From Azolla caroliniana (taxonomy: Eukaryota; Plantae; Polypodiophyta): a DNA stretch of 64,000 nt. The notes under the pieces are model-generated. The model had not been told where the DNA came from and ran no database searches. It saw only the letters and a list, made by a program, of their open reading frames with translations. This document shows positions 45,401 through 58,034 of the stretch, one piece after another (the first letter of the stretch is position 1; every line of letters starts with the position of its first letter). The position numbers were made by a program, and so were the translations under genes. The stretch spans positions 21,886,001-21,950,000 of the forward strand of contig JBHGNT010000004.1 of assembly GCA_043228905.1 (NCBI GenBank), written 5' to 3'.

Positions 45401-48272
45401 TGACTTGACAATCTTGCATGTACCGATAACAAGATTCTTTTGTCTCTTTTTATCTTATTTACTTTTTTTACTCGGTAACATTTATTTATTTTGATTTGTT
45501 GTTCTCAAAGACAAGACAACACTTGAGATGTAATCTCTTCTTTGGTCTTATAGGCCATTTTGGCCTCTGAAATAGGGTTGTACTCAAGTGGTAAGCCAAA
45601 TATTTACTAACCCATACTGCCCAGGTTTAAATATCACTATATGCACTTCTTTACTAGATGCCACACTGGAATATAGGGGTTAAATGTATGACTTTGTGGT
45701 CTCTTTAAAGTAAAATTAAAAATGTAGCTAAAGTATGATTAATATCACTTTTTTAGAATATTTAGATTGTATAGGTCGACTTGTTTTTTTTTAAACTTTA
45801 GTTTCTTTACAATAACGTAATGATATGGTTTTTCTACCACATATACTCAATCTTCTTGAATAGAGTTAAGGTGAAAATCAGCAGATTTAATTTGTAATTT
45901 AGATCATTTGATGTATTTAAATTTTGTTAAGAAGATTTACAAGTTACAGTGTTGATATTTTTTTGGTTGTGTTTTCGAAGCGTGACTTCAGTATAAATTG
46001 GATGGTCTTTTTGTGCAGAAACTAGGAGACATAATGGGCATGGCATTTTCGGGTCGATATGTGATATTGCTTATGTCTTTATTCTCTATATATACTGGGT
46101 TCATTTACAACGAGTTCTTTTCAGTACCATTTGCACTTTTTGGCACTACGTCATACAGTTGCAGTGATTCTACATGCAGGTATTAGCTGTTGTTTTCGTC
46201 GTATGATATTAAAATCTACAGTGTTTCTTCTAAATTTCATTATAACATTGGAACTCTATGGTAGTGATGCATACACAACGGGACTAGTTAAGACACGCAC
46301 CAGACCATATGTGTTTGGCGTGGATCCTGTTTGGCATGGTTCTGCCACAGAGCTCACATTCCTCAACTCCTTGAAGATGAAGATGTCTATCTTAATCGGT
46401 GTTGCACAAATGAACTTGGGGATTATTCTCAGTTATTTTAATGCAACATTTTTCAAAAATGATTTAAATATATGGTGAGTGTTTTTGAATATCCATCAGT
46501 TTGTTATAGTTTGCTTTTGTGCAAAACGAATGTGTTGGAGTTATGCTAATGATGTGGTACACAATTTTCTTTGAATTCACAGGTATCAGTTTATACCGCA
46601 AATCATATTTTTAAATGGGCTGTTTGGGTACCTTGCCCTCTTGATCATTATCAAGTGGTGCACTGGATCTACAGCTGATCTTTATCATGTAATGATCTAC
46701 ATGTTCTTAAGTCCAACCGCTGAACTTGGAGAAAACCAGTTGTTCCCTGGACAGCGATATGTCCAGGTAATATCAGTAGTAGTAACTATGTCTTTGTTGA
46801 TATGTTGAATTTTACCACATGCTGAAATTTTCCTTGAATCTGGTTAATTCCAGATGATACTTCTCCTCCTAGCCCTTATAGCAGTTCCATGCATGCTTCT
46901 TCCCAAACCATTGATTTTGAGGTCGCGCCACATGCAGGTAAAAGCACTCTATATAATGTTTTCAAAAGGCCACTATATGATGGTGTAATAAGCATATCAA
47001 TGCTTTTATGGAGTCATAAAACATCAAACCGTTAAAACAACAAAGTTTTGCAAGCATATCAAATTTGTATAGAATCATTATATTATGGTGAAAGCATGTA
47101 AAGCAGAGTCACAACACAAATTAAACCATTCAAACACCAAACTCTTTCAATGTTGAAGCAAGGCATTTTGAACATTAATTGACTTCCCTATTATATTGAA
47201 GCTTGGAAACATCAAAGTCTTTTAAGGCTGAGGCATCTGTAAAACCACTTGTCATATATATATATATATATATGACACGTATACGGTATATGTACAGTTC
47301 CTTCCACTAACACATTTATGGAGAGAACCAGTCCATTATATTGAAGTCAGTTTATAAAATTTCTCCATTCGGTTGTCCTCTTGCTTCAACTAATTTATGT
47401 GGTATAATCTATTGATTTGAAGAAAAAAGAGAAAAACTTGGTTATTGAAAGCTTCCTTACTAAAATATGTTACTGGGTTAAATGGAAGATGATTCAAGGA
47501 GATATGAATTATTTTCTCTGGGTATAAAATGTGTTTATGTATGTTTATTAATCATGGAGATTCAGACTGTTTTTTTGTCCTTTTGTTCAGAAATTTCAAG
47601 GACATACATACGGCGCACTTGGAACTTCAGATGATGTGGTGAACCATGACCTTGACAATGATGATGATGCTGAGCATGAGGAATTTGAGTTCAGTGAGAT
47701 TTTTGTGCATCAAATGATCCATACAATTGAATTTGTGCTGGGTGCAGTGTCTAATACAGCTTCCTATCTTCGTCTTTGGGCACTTAGGTATAAAGGCAAT
47801 TTCTGTTTCTATTTCCTACTGTCACCTATTACAATATTTTCATATCCTTTTTTTGTTCTTGGTTTGAAACCCAGTTTGGCACATTCAGAGTTATCTTCTG
47901 TGTTTTATGATCGAGTTTTACTTCTGGCTTGGGGGTAAGTTTGAATGACATATAATGCACATGCAAAAAGTGCCATCATATTAGCCTTTAAACAATATAT
48001 CTCTTGTGAATATTTTTCGGTTTTATTTACTTACCGTGAAATGTGTTTGTTGTGTGGATAAAAAAACCAGGTACAACAATGTGATCATCCTCATCGTTGG
48101 ATTGATTGTATTTACATTTGCAACTGTTGGCGTGCTTCTTTGTATGGAAACTCTGAGTGCCTTCTTGCACGCGTTACGTCTACACTGGGTAGAGTTCCAG
48201 AACAAGTTCTATGAGGGAGATGGTTACAAATTCAGCCCATATTCTTTCACAATCCTTGAAGAGGAAGAATAA
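33424..48272 (+). CDS. VHA-a: V-type proton ATPase V0 subunit a (5'-partial, spliced)
   Basis: GT-AG exons with consistent phases: 33424-33597, 33756-33893, 33971-34078, 34186-34293, 34406-34554, 34647-34800, 46019-46179, 46265-46474, 46583-46766, 46854-46937, 47591-47787, 47875-47934, 48071-48272. Motifs [66 protein letters not shown] and [20 protein letters not shown]. Confidence 0.96.
35167..36234 (+). pseudogene. LINE ORF1 (coiled coil plus C-terminal RNA-binding-type domain), one premature stop at 35314-35316
   Basis: ATG 35167 is in frame with the 286-aa ORF. Motif KALIIRF...IYLDDDLTP...[15 protein letters not shown]. Confidence 0.75.
36241..39939 (+). pseudogene. LINE ORF2 (AP endonuclease + reverse transcriptase + zinc finger), one premature stop at 38116-38118
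   Basis: Motifs [44 protein letters not shown] and YLGV. The 625-aa and 596-aa ORFs are in frame. Confidence 0.92.
40697..41150. mobile_element. hAT-type MITE in LINE copy 2 ORF1
   Basis: TIRs TAACAATGGGCCCGGTT / AACCGGGCCCATAGCTA. It interrupts homology to copy 1; a TSD is not evident. Confidence 0.75.
43865..44265 (+). repeat. ~133-bp tandem triplication inside LINE copy 2 RT
   Basis: ACATGGAT(A/G)AAACTAAAGTGATG...GGGAGAGGAAA occurs at about 43880, 44013 and 44147, but once in copy 1. Confidence 0.88.
44731..45191. mobile_element. hAT-type MITE in LINE copy 2 ORF2
   Basis: TIRs TAGCAATGGGCACGGTT / AACCGTGCCCATCGCTA and an 8-bp TSD ATTGTCCC / ATTGTCCT. The empty site is present in copy 1 (GGACTGTCCCCATCTC). 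Confidence 0.9.
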
Positions 48273-48275
48273 TCA

Positions 48276-48306
<31 letters not shown>

Positions 48307-50859
48307 TGTGATTTCTATCAAAGCTAATTAATTATCCCTTGGGATATATATGATTTTGAGACTTTGGAGATATTCATCATATTGATAAAATTGGAGGTGC
48401 TACAAACACTTGGAAGCACCTTCTTGCATTTGATTGCACTTGCTGTATTCTATTCAGCGATTACATCATTTTTCAAAAATGTTTATTCTTTTCTTCCTTT
48501 TTTATGATTATATTATATGCCAAAGCTCTTAGCATAAATGATAATATCACAAACAGATCCTTGAATTGTCCAAACATGCATATGAAGCCTATGTGCCTGC
48601 TGAATCAGCTCTAGGATTTATTTTTATGGGAAATTTTCTTGTGTCAATATATCTGGCTTCCAGAACAATGGGGTTTGTTGATATTTAAGAGGTACCAAAT
48701 GGAATTTGAGTATGGAAAAAGAAAAGGTTGATGAACCTAAATTTCAGGTTTTTGGCAACCTCAATTGGGCCCTGCTACATGCTACCAACAATGGTCTCAT
48801 GGCAGTATTTTATCTTTACTTTGTGTGATTGTTTAAGTTGTGCATGTTTTAGCAATGGTGGCATCGACTGTTATGGGGTCAACATCTTATTATCAGTGAA
48901 TCAAAGCAGATAATATAACGCTTAACATTTGAATGGCTTTTAAGTGAGTTTTGGGTTTTGGGTTTGGGTCATTGTCATTTCTTGTTTATTATGTTAAACT
49001 TTCCTATATATAATTGTTGATTTTGCTCTCATAGACAAAACCTTAAGGCTTAAGGTAGGATAAATGGGAAACTAGTTGCCCTAGTACTTGTGACAAACAC
49101 AAGAACCTAGGATGCATGGGTAACATGTGCTGGTCTAAGAGCTTGGGTTATATAAAGGGGACTAACTACCCTTCAAAATGATATCGTGATTCTTTAGAAT
49201 TATTGAGACTTTATTGGTGAAGCAAGGATCTCTTCTTTTATGTGAACACCAAAGATATTTTATGTTGGTCTTGAGAGGTGATTGGTTAAACAGCTGTAAA
49301 CCATGCTTTTGATTTGATCATTAGTCATTTATTTATTAATATTTAATTTGATATTTTCATGGATCATTGATTGATTCTTGTTGTTCAATATTTGATCTTT
49401 AACATGTGATGGTTAATCACATATGTGAATGTGTGCTAGTCCATGTTCGCCAATTTACAACAAACACTATTGCATTAGCGTGTTTTTCACGTGCTTTGGC
49501 ATGGTCAACCAAAACCACCCGTGCTAATTCATCACACTAGTACCTAAAATGAAAGGGTACTAAATGAGTAGTCTATGATGTTGGGCATGGTTAAACATAA
49601 TAACGTAATGCATTATTGTGTGTGTGTGGGTAATAGTAATAATATTTTAAAAACCCATTAAATATCATACAAAATGAACTTAGGTATGCACATTTATATC
49701 ATTTTATAGATGCCTTGTGTGCATTTTATGCGAATTGAGGTTGGCTTGCATTATGAGTCCTAACTTTATTTATTTTTCCACTAATGTAGTGTGCACATAA
49801 TTTTACAGAAAATACTTATGATTGAGCCTTTGGGAGCCACCATCATTATGAAGAGTTTGAAAACATCAATTGTGTTGCCAGATTAACCTAATCTTGAACT
49901 CCTTGTACATTTAGAGTATTGACGTGATATTTTTTCTTACGATTTGCCATGAATAATTTGAACCCTTATTTTATAATTGTTTAAGATTTTTTTTCATAAA
50001 TTTTGTTTTTCCAAATGACTTATTTACAATTATCAAATGCATTTTTTTTAAATTTCTTTTGTTTATACATGGCTCAAAGTTTGGATAAAAATGTTGAACC
50101 TTTGCAAGGGGAGTTGATGCAACCTCCTACTTCGTCTATCACCTTGCTTAAACATTACCTTCATCAATTTTAAGACTAAATGAATATGAATTTACACAAG
50201 CTTTCAAAACCCCAAAAATCTCCTAATATTCTAGAATCTCATGTGGTAATATGAAAACGGAAAACTATCTTTTGAGATAAAGAAACTTGATATGTATCTT
50301 GTGATCTTAATGATAGATAGGCCTAAATGATGACATACACATTATATGGGGCTGCCTATAACCATGTAGAGAATTTCAAGCAAATCACATGGAAATACAA
50401 GCAAGCCCCACAATGATGTAACATGAGTGGCCACGTTGGGGCGTACTCTAGAATCTAGATTATCAATGGAGAGTATAGTTTAGAACCCTCTAAGATGAAA
50501 TACTTGATGTCTACGCGTACGTAGAGGAGTTGCTCACCATCTCTCACAAAGTATGAAACTAAATGGAATCCAATCAACAATTGTTTCCCCTCAAAAAAGA
50601 GGTGAAAGAGATGGTATATGACTACATTAGACACATAAAAGCTTACAATGCAATGTCCTAACATCTTGGGTTCAAAGGGGGAATAAGGAGAAAAAAGAGG
50701 AAAATGGATGGTCATAGAAAACAATGTAAATATAGATATGCACAAAGTCACCAACTAAATGGTTTAAGTTATTGTTTGAGAAAAGGTAAAAGGTTTAAAT
50801 ATCGGCATATGTGTGCATGAGCATTTATTACGAAAGGAAAGGGGGAAAGGGAGGGCACC

Positions 50860-52300
50860 TTTTGCGTTTTTGGCGTTTTGGGGATATTGTATAAAACGAT
50901 GAGTACTATCTTCCATTTGAACATTGTAAAAGAAGCAATTGCTCATTGCTAGTCCACAATGCTTTAGAGCTAATCTCAAAGGCAATCTCCCAATCAAAAC
51001 TCTCCAAATGAAGACCTTTGCTACATGTGGCAATTTAGAATGCTAACTACGTTTTAAGATCTGCCATCGCCTATGTTCAAATTAGTGTATTTTACAATCT
51101 TCGTCAGCCTTACATGATAGCCATCCAAGAGACTCAACGGGGCAATGATACAAAAGATTAGTTGTCACTTGTAAAACTGACGTATGGACCTGTAAACACC
51201 AATCCATCTACCGTTCTTCTATTTGTAAAGCTAAAGGACATTGCATCAATGCAATATTTTGTAGTTGTTGCCAAATAAACCTATAATTTGGCGGGATGCG
51301 TAATAATTGTTCCGCTTCAACAAACTCCAAAATCCTTTGAGATGGAGCCTCAACTATATCTCCCACCTCTTTGACCCCCAAACGAAACAAACAATTAAAC
51401 TAAGAGCGTAATCTCTCCTTTACAAGCCAACATAATAACAGAAAAGACACAAGTAACTTGTTTTGCACAGATTACAATGCTCTCTACTAGATAATGGTTT
51501 CCATACACATAACAAGAGTGATTCTTGCCATGAGATAACCAAGTGTTGGAACATATGAAGATTTAGGAATCTTTAGTGAATACAAGTTCATTTAGCAATT
51601 GTCACCATGAAACCTTAATCGTTGTCCTCCAAACCATTGTCTCAATAAAATATTGGACTATATCCATGGTTGTGGGATGAAAATCAACGAGCCATCATAC
51701 ATTGCATAGATAAGTCCAATATTCCAACTCCCCACAAGCATTTAGGGGTTGCTAGATGATTCCACGCAACCCATGTGATTCCCATCTTATCCCTCTTCCT
51801 CCACAACAAATATTGAAGATGTTACAAAACAGAATGCAAAGCCTTCTTTGTCCATGGCACCAATGGCAACTAATATAATATCATAGGTTCCATAATACAT
51901 TGTACCTTCAAGCATACATGAAATGGCCAAGATTGTGACTTTTGATACATAAACGCATCCCTTAACTTACTAGACATCCATGCAATCAATTGACCATTTG
52001 TAACATTCATTCCCAATGGATACCCCAAGTGTCTCCAATAGTCTTAGTAAAACATGTGATCTATTGCTTGCAATAATAATTCATGTATAGGTACTAGATT
52101 AATATAGGTGCATATTTTTAATCATCTAGTATATTTTCATCGATAGCATGGGCTTTTTGTGTGGTAGACCCTTCATTTCATGACATCATGTTGTTGAGGT
52201 CCCCCCTTGGCCATTATGGCAAGGTATATAACCGTCCACCTTATTTTGAGTGATTAACTCTTATAGCCTTTTGAGTTATCATTCGTTTTGATTTTTGTTT
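50860..52300 (-). mobile_element. Highly degenerate L1-type LINE ORF2 3' remnant
   Basis: zf-RVT-like PHVAKVFIWRVLIGRLPL...CFFY...EDSTHRF, and RHLGYPLG near 52030. Boundaries approximate. Confidence 0.6.
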
Positions 52301-52360
52301 GGTTTTCTTTCTCCTCTAGTGACCACTACATTCTTGATTTTTGTGAAACATGACTTTGTT

Positions 52361-55300
52361 GGATCACCTCGATCCCAACAAAATAATGAAGGTCCCCCAG
52401 GTCCTTCATTTCAAATGTGTCCGAGAGCTGGAACTTTACTCAACCGATTTCATTGAGTCCGAGTCTAGTGATGACCAAATCATCTACATAAAGCAAGATG
52501 CAAATCGAACCGTCTGGACCTTGCCGGATGAACAACAATGAGTCGGATTTAGAGGTCACAAACCCCATCTTACACAACTAGTACGTAAACTTCGAATTCC
52601 AAGTTCGAGGAGCTTGTTTCAAACCGTAAAGCGACTTCTTAAGCCGGCACACCGCTGACTTGTTCATCTCCAACTGAAAACCAGGAGGTTGGATCATATA
52701 GACCCGTTCGTCAAGGTCACCTTGAAGAAACGCATTCTTCATGTCCATCTGGTGAAGATGCCACCCCCTTGCCGCAGCAACCGCCAATACCACACGAACC
52801 GTCGTCATCTTCGCTACCGGAGCGAAGGTCTCGTCGTAGTCGATTCCATGGGTTTGTGCGTCCTTCGCTACTAACCAGGCCTTGTACCGGTTAACCAAAC
52901 CGTCGGCATTGTACTTTACCTTGTACAACCATTTGCAACCGATCGGTTTACAATGTCAGGGAGGGTCAACGAGGTCCCATGTGTCGTTGGCATCTAATGT
53001 CCGTATTTCTTCCTCCATAGCAGCACGCCAATTCGCGTCATTTGCTGTTTCTACGTAGCTCTCCGACTCACGCACTTCCGCCACCTTAGTCATGAACACA
53101 TAATGATGCGCCATGTACTCATTTTACCTGTAGTGCGTAATGAGGTTCTTTTGGCGGGAAGACCGACATAACTTGTCATCACCCGGTTTGGGGCCCTTCT
53201 TGGCCGGTTCGGACTTCGTTCCCGAAGATCCACCTCTTTTTTTTTTAGAGTCAGATTCGCTCCGATCTGACTCAACGTCGTCGGTTTCGTATTCCGATAG
53301 TTTCTGCTTCCCTTTCTCTTTGCGCGTGAACCGTCTCCTCGGTTCCTTGCACGGGGAGAGCACGACAGAGTCTCCACTACTCACTGGTTCTTCATCCGAC
53401 TGGTTATCCCGACTCAGCCACTCATTCGGTCCACTCAACCGGAATGAGATCGGACTCTCTTCTAGAGTGTCGAAATCTTCATCTTCTACCTGGACCTCCT
53501 CTGGCTCACTAGCCTCATCTTCCGGAATCGGGTCTTCGTCGGGAGGTGGAGTCGGTAAGGTGTACCATGATGTCGTCTCATCAAACTTGACATCTCGGCT
53601 TACTCAGACCTGCTTAGTTCGGGGGTTATAACACTTATACCCCTTTTGCTCATGCAAGTAACCGACTAGGATGCACTTCTTCGACTTCGGATCCAGCTTC
53701 CTCCACTTTTCATCTAGTACATGCACATATGCTATGCTACCGAATATCCGAAGGTGTCTCAAATTCGGCTTCGCCCGAAATACAACTCTTGTGCTGACAC
53801 CTTGTCACCGATCCGGTTTTGGATGTAGACGGTCATTTGGACCACCTCAGCCCAGTAGAAACTAGGCATGCTCCTCTCCTCCAGCATTGCCCTTGCCACG
53901 TCGACAATCGACCGGTTCTTCCTTTCGGCCACACCGTTTTGCTCTGGTGTGTACTTGTAGTTGAATTCTCTCCGAATTTCGTTTTGTTGTAGATAACTGT
54001 TGAATTGGCCGGAAAAGTATTCTTTCCCGCCATCCTACCGCAAGCACTTGATCTTCCTCTTCGTTTCCTATTCAACCAAGCTTTGAAGGTTCCGGAAACA
54101 CTCGAAGACTTCGCTCTTCCTCTCGATGAGGTAGATCCACGTGTGCCAGCTGTAGTCACGCTACCTAGAGAAAACATGTAACTGGAGGTGGATCGGCGAT
54201 CCGATGCATCACCAGCCCAGTCGGCATCAGTATATCCAGCTAGCTTCCTAGCTATACCGTGTCGATATAACAGTCCCTGATTCTTCGTGCCACTAACATA
54301 CCGGAGTATCCGGTGTGCGCATTGAAGGTGCTCGACGGTCGGCTTCTGCATGAACTGGCTGATCACTCCGATCGGGTAACTGAGGTCGGGTCGAGTGATT
54401 GTCAGGTATATGAGGCTTTCGACGATTTGTCGGAACCGTTTGTCATCGCAGGCCGGTCCAGAGTTGGGACAGAGCTTCTGGTTCTGGTCCAGGGGTGTGG
54501 AGGCAAGTCGGCATTCCGCCATGTCGAACTTGTACAGCATATTCAACACATAATGTCGTTGTGAGAGCAATATGCCGTCAGGGGTTCGGATCACCTCGAT
54601 CCCAAGAAAATAAGGAAGGACCCCTAGGTCCTTCATTTCAAATGCGTCCAAGAGCTGGGACTTACTCAGCCGATTTCATTGAGTCCGGGTCCGGTGATGA
54701 CTAAATCATCTACATAAAGCAAGATGCAAACCAAACCGTCCAAACCTTGTCGGATGAACAACGATGAGTCGGATTTAGAGGTCACAAATCCCATCTTACA
54801 CAATCGGCACGTAATCTTCGAATTCCAAGCTCGGGGAGCTTGTTTCAAACCGTAAAGCGACTTCTTAAGCCGGCACACCGCCGACTTGTTCATCTCCAAC
54901 TGAAAACCAAGAGGTTGGATCATATAGACCCGTTCTTCAAGGTCACCTTGAAGAAACGCATTCTTCACGTCCATCTGGTGAAGATGCCACCCCCTTGCCG
55001 CAGCAACCGCCAATACCACACGAACCGTCGTCATCTTCGCTACCGGAGCGAAGGTCTCGTCGTATTCGATTCCGTGGGTCTGTGCGTATCCCTTCGCTAC
55101 TAACTGGGCCTTGTACCGATTAACCAAACCGTCGGCATTGTACCTTACCTTGTACACCCATTTGCAACCGATCGGTTTACAGTGTCGGGGAGGGTCAACG
55201 AGGTCCCATGTGTCGTTGGCATCTAGTGCCCGCATTTCTTCCTCCATAGCGGCACGCCAATTCGCATCCTTTGCTGCTTCTACGTAGCTCTCCAACTCAC

Positions 55301-56169
55301 CCACTTCCGCCACCTTAGTCATGAACACATAATGATGTGTCATGTACTCATTGTACATGTAGCGCGTAACAGGGTGGTTCTTCTAGCGGGAAGACCGACA
55401 TAACTTGTCATCACCCGGTTTGGGGCCCTTCTTGGCCGGTTCGGACTTCGTTCCCGAAGATCCGCCTTCATCCTTTCCAGAGTCGGATTCGCTCTGATTC
55501 GACTCAACGTCGTCGGTTTCGTATTCTGACAGTTTATGCTTCCCTTTCTCTTTGCGCATGAACCGTCTCCTCGGTTCCTTGTGCGGGGAGAGCACGACAG
55601 AGTCTCCACTACTCGCTGGTTCTTCATCCGACTGGTCATCCCGACTCAGCCACTCATTCGGTACACTCAACCGGAATGAGATCGGACTCTCTTCTAGAGT
55701 GCCGAAATCTTCATCTTCTACCTGAACCTCCTCAGGCTCACTAGCCTCATTTTCTGGAATCAAGTCTTCGTCGGGAGTTGGAGTCGGTAAGGTGTACCAT
55801 GATGTCGTCTCATCAAACTCGACATCTCGACTTACTCGGACCTGCTTAGTCCGGGGGTTATAGCACTTATACCCCTTTTGCTCATGCGAGTAACCGACTA
55901 GGATGCACTTCACCGACTTTGGATCCAGCTTCCTCCGCTTTTCATCCGGTACATGCACATATGTTATGCTATCGAATATCCGAAGGTGTCTCAAATTCGG
56001 CTTTCGCCCGAAATACAACTCATGTGCTGACACCTTGTCACCAATCCGGCTTTGGATGTAGACGGTCATCCGGACCGCCTCAGCCCAATAGAAATCCGGC
56101 TCATCCTTCCAAATGCCGATCCGGTTCATGCTTATTCAGTCAATTGTTAACCCTCGCTCTCTGATAGCA
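52361..56169 (-). mobile_element. Rearranged Ty1/Copia remnant with a duplicated integrase-RT block
   Basis: Degenerate PBS (TGCTATCAGAGAGC) at 56169-56156, [30 protein letters not shown], and RNase H start YTDADWAG. The block at ~52361-53860 repeats at ~54588-56090. Confidence 0.88.
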
Positions 56170-56245
56170 TGTAAATAACTAAGATATAATTCTATTGGAG
56201 ATCAAGTAACATTCAACATAGATAAGTAGATTGTGTGTGTGTGTT

Positions 56246-56272
56246 GGGGGGGGGGGGGGGGGGGGGGGGGGG
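56246..56272. repeat. Poly-G tract
   Basis: About 27 consecutive G. Confidence 0.9.
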
Positions 56273-58034
56273 CAATTATAAATTGGAGACACAAAGACTA
56301 TGTATTAGCAAAAGGGGGGGCAATTATAAATTATAAAATCACAAATAAATGAAGACGAAATCAATTATGAGTCATTGATAATCAAGTAGATACAAGAGAG
56401 AATTTCATATAGATACAACATTATAAGTTATAACATTTTATGTGTACTTGAGATGGAAGTTTGAATAATGGGTAAGTGATTGGGATTTTATACAAGGTCT
56501 ACAATGTTGAATATAAAGAGGATCCCCATATTTTTAATTAAAGGGAAAACTTTACAAATTGTTGCTTCAAGGAGTGTATGTTCACACACAATGTTTGTGG
56601 TCGACTCTCGAGCTTGATATCTCAACAATACTTGGGTTAAGTGAACCACAATAATTAGTCAAGACCTCAAATTGAATACACATTGACGAGTAAATGATAA
56701 TTTACAATGAGAGATAATTCAATAAATCTATAATTAATTACTTCCTAACGAGTGATTAACAATGTTTAATACTATAAGACAATATGTATGTATAGCTCTA
56801 TGTTCTCTCTCCATTAATTTAATCACCAAAATATTATACACACATTGGAGACACCTTGGACGATGTGCATTAATTGTTGTCTCTCCTAGAATTCTGAATT
56901 GACATTCTTAGTATATTTTTAGAAACCCGTAAATGAGCCTTCAATCCAAAAATTTCACTTTAAGTGGCATTTCCAAGCTAGTCAGGTGTCCTAGCTTGTT
57001 TGACAATCAACAATTATGAATGAAATAGAATAACAAGCTTGTAAGTTGTGTACTTGAAGATATGGAATTATATGTGAAATGGCATTAAATGCACATTGAA
57101 CTTAATTGTTATATCCATGTTCATCTCTCTTCACTTTTTATTGACTAGTGAATTAACTCTTATGTTGTCAAGTCAAACCTCGTGAGCTAAGTTGTTAATT
57201 TGTTTCACTCTCTCCATCTCTCTCATTCATGCATATAAACAAAAATGCACCTTGGTTGTGAGAGTATTTTGGTGCATTTCCTATACCTCAAAGGGATACA
57301 CGTGACAAGAAATGGTCTTGTAGGTTAACAATGATGTGAATTTCATGGGTATGAATAGCTACCTATTTTTAAAGATAGAGGAAAATTATTAATATATTAC
57401 AAGCTCTACAAGTTAGTGCAATTGCAAATTTGTAATATGGATGTCAACGTTACCATAATTTGACCAATTCTAGACATTCTAAAGCTATATTAGGTAATAC
57501 AAGCATGTCAAGAGAATCTATAAAAGTTCAAGATATTAAGTTTCTTGCCTTCCACCTTTGAAAAGGGGATGGGTTTACTAAGTGATGTAATGTGAGACCC
57601 ATGATGATGAAATTTATTGTTAATTCCTAGGGTTCCAACATTAATGGATAATTTGATCATGAAGGTCACAACGTAGGCGAGTTTCTAATAAGGATGGGAG
57701 TTCACTTTTTTGTTCTTCCAAACCTTGATTATTAATCTTATATCTGGATCATTACTAAGTGTGTCACATTCGATGGCAAAATTAGAAAAACCATGATGAT
57801 AGTTATTTATCAAATTAGGAATAATATTATTAACTAGCAGTAGTTTAGGTATATGTAGAAATATATCATAAGCAATATGAGATGTCCAATTGTGTAGTTC
57901 ATAGAATATTTGGTATCATTTCACAATAGGAAAATCCATTGTGGTTGATGTCATGTGTGGTTATTTAGAATGCGAAGTCATGGACATAAGTTCAATAGAT
58001 ATGTCTCTGGGACTCCCTTTTTGAAGCTCAATAG

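Larger units (their letters stand above)
40154..45571 (+). mobile_element. Degenerate second copy of the same LINE family, head-to-tail with copy 1
   Basis: Collinear ORF1/ORF2 remnants with many stops, frameshifts and deletions, and the same 3' UTR and stem-loop. Confidence 0.88.

Noticed and set aside
45575-45650. tRNA gene or tRNA-derived SINE (GTACTCAAGTGGTAAG...CCAGGTTTAAAT); similar B-box-like motif at 3766-3790
   Set aside because: The A/B boxes are too degenerate and there is no cloverleaf, tail or TSD.
56170-56420. 5' LTR of the scrambled Copia
   Set aside because: One end abuts a degenerate PBS, but no second copy or clear outer terminus could be located, so it was not annotated.
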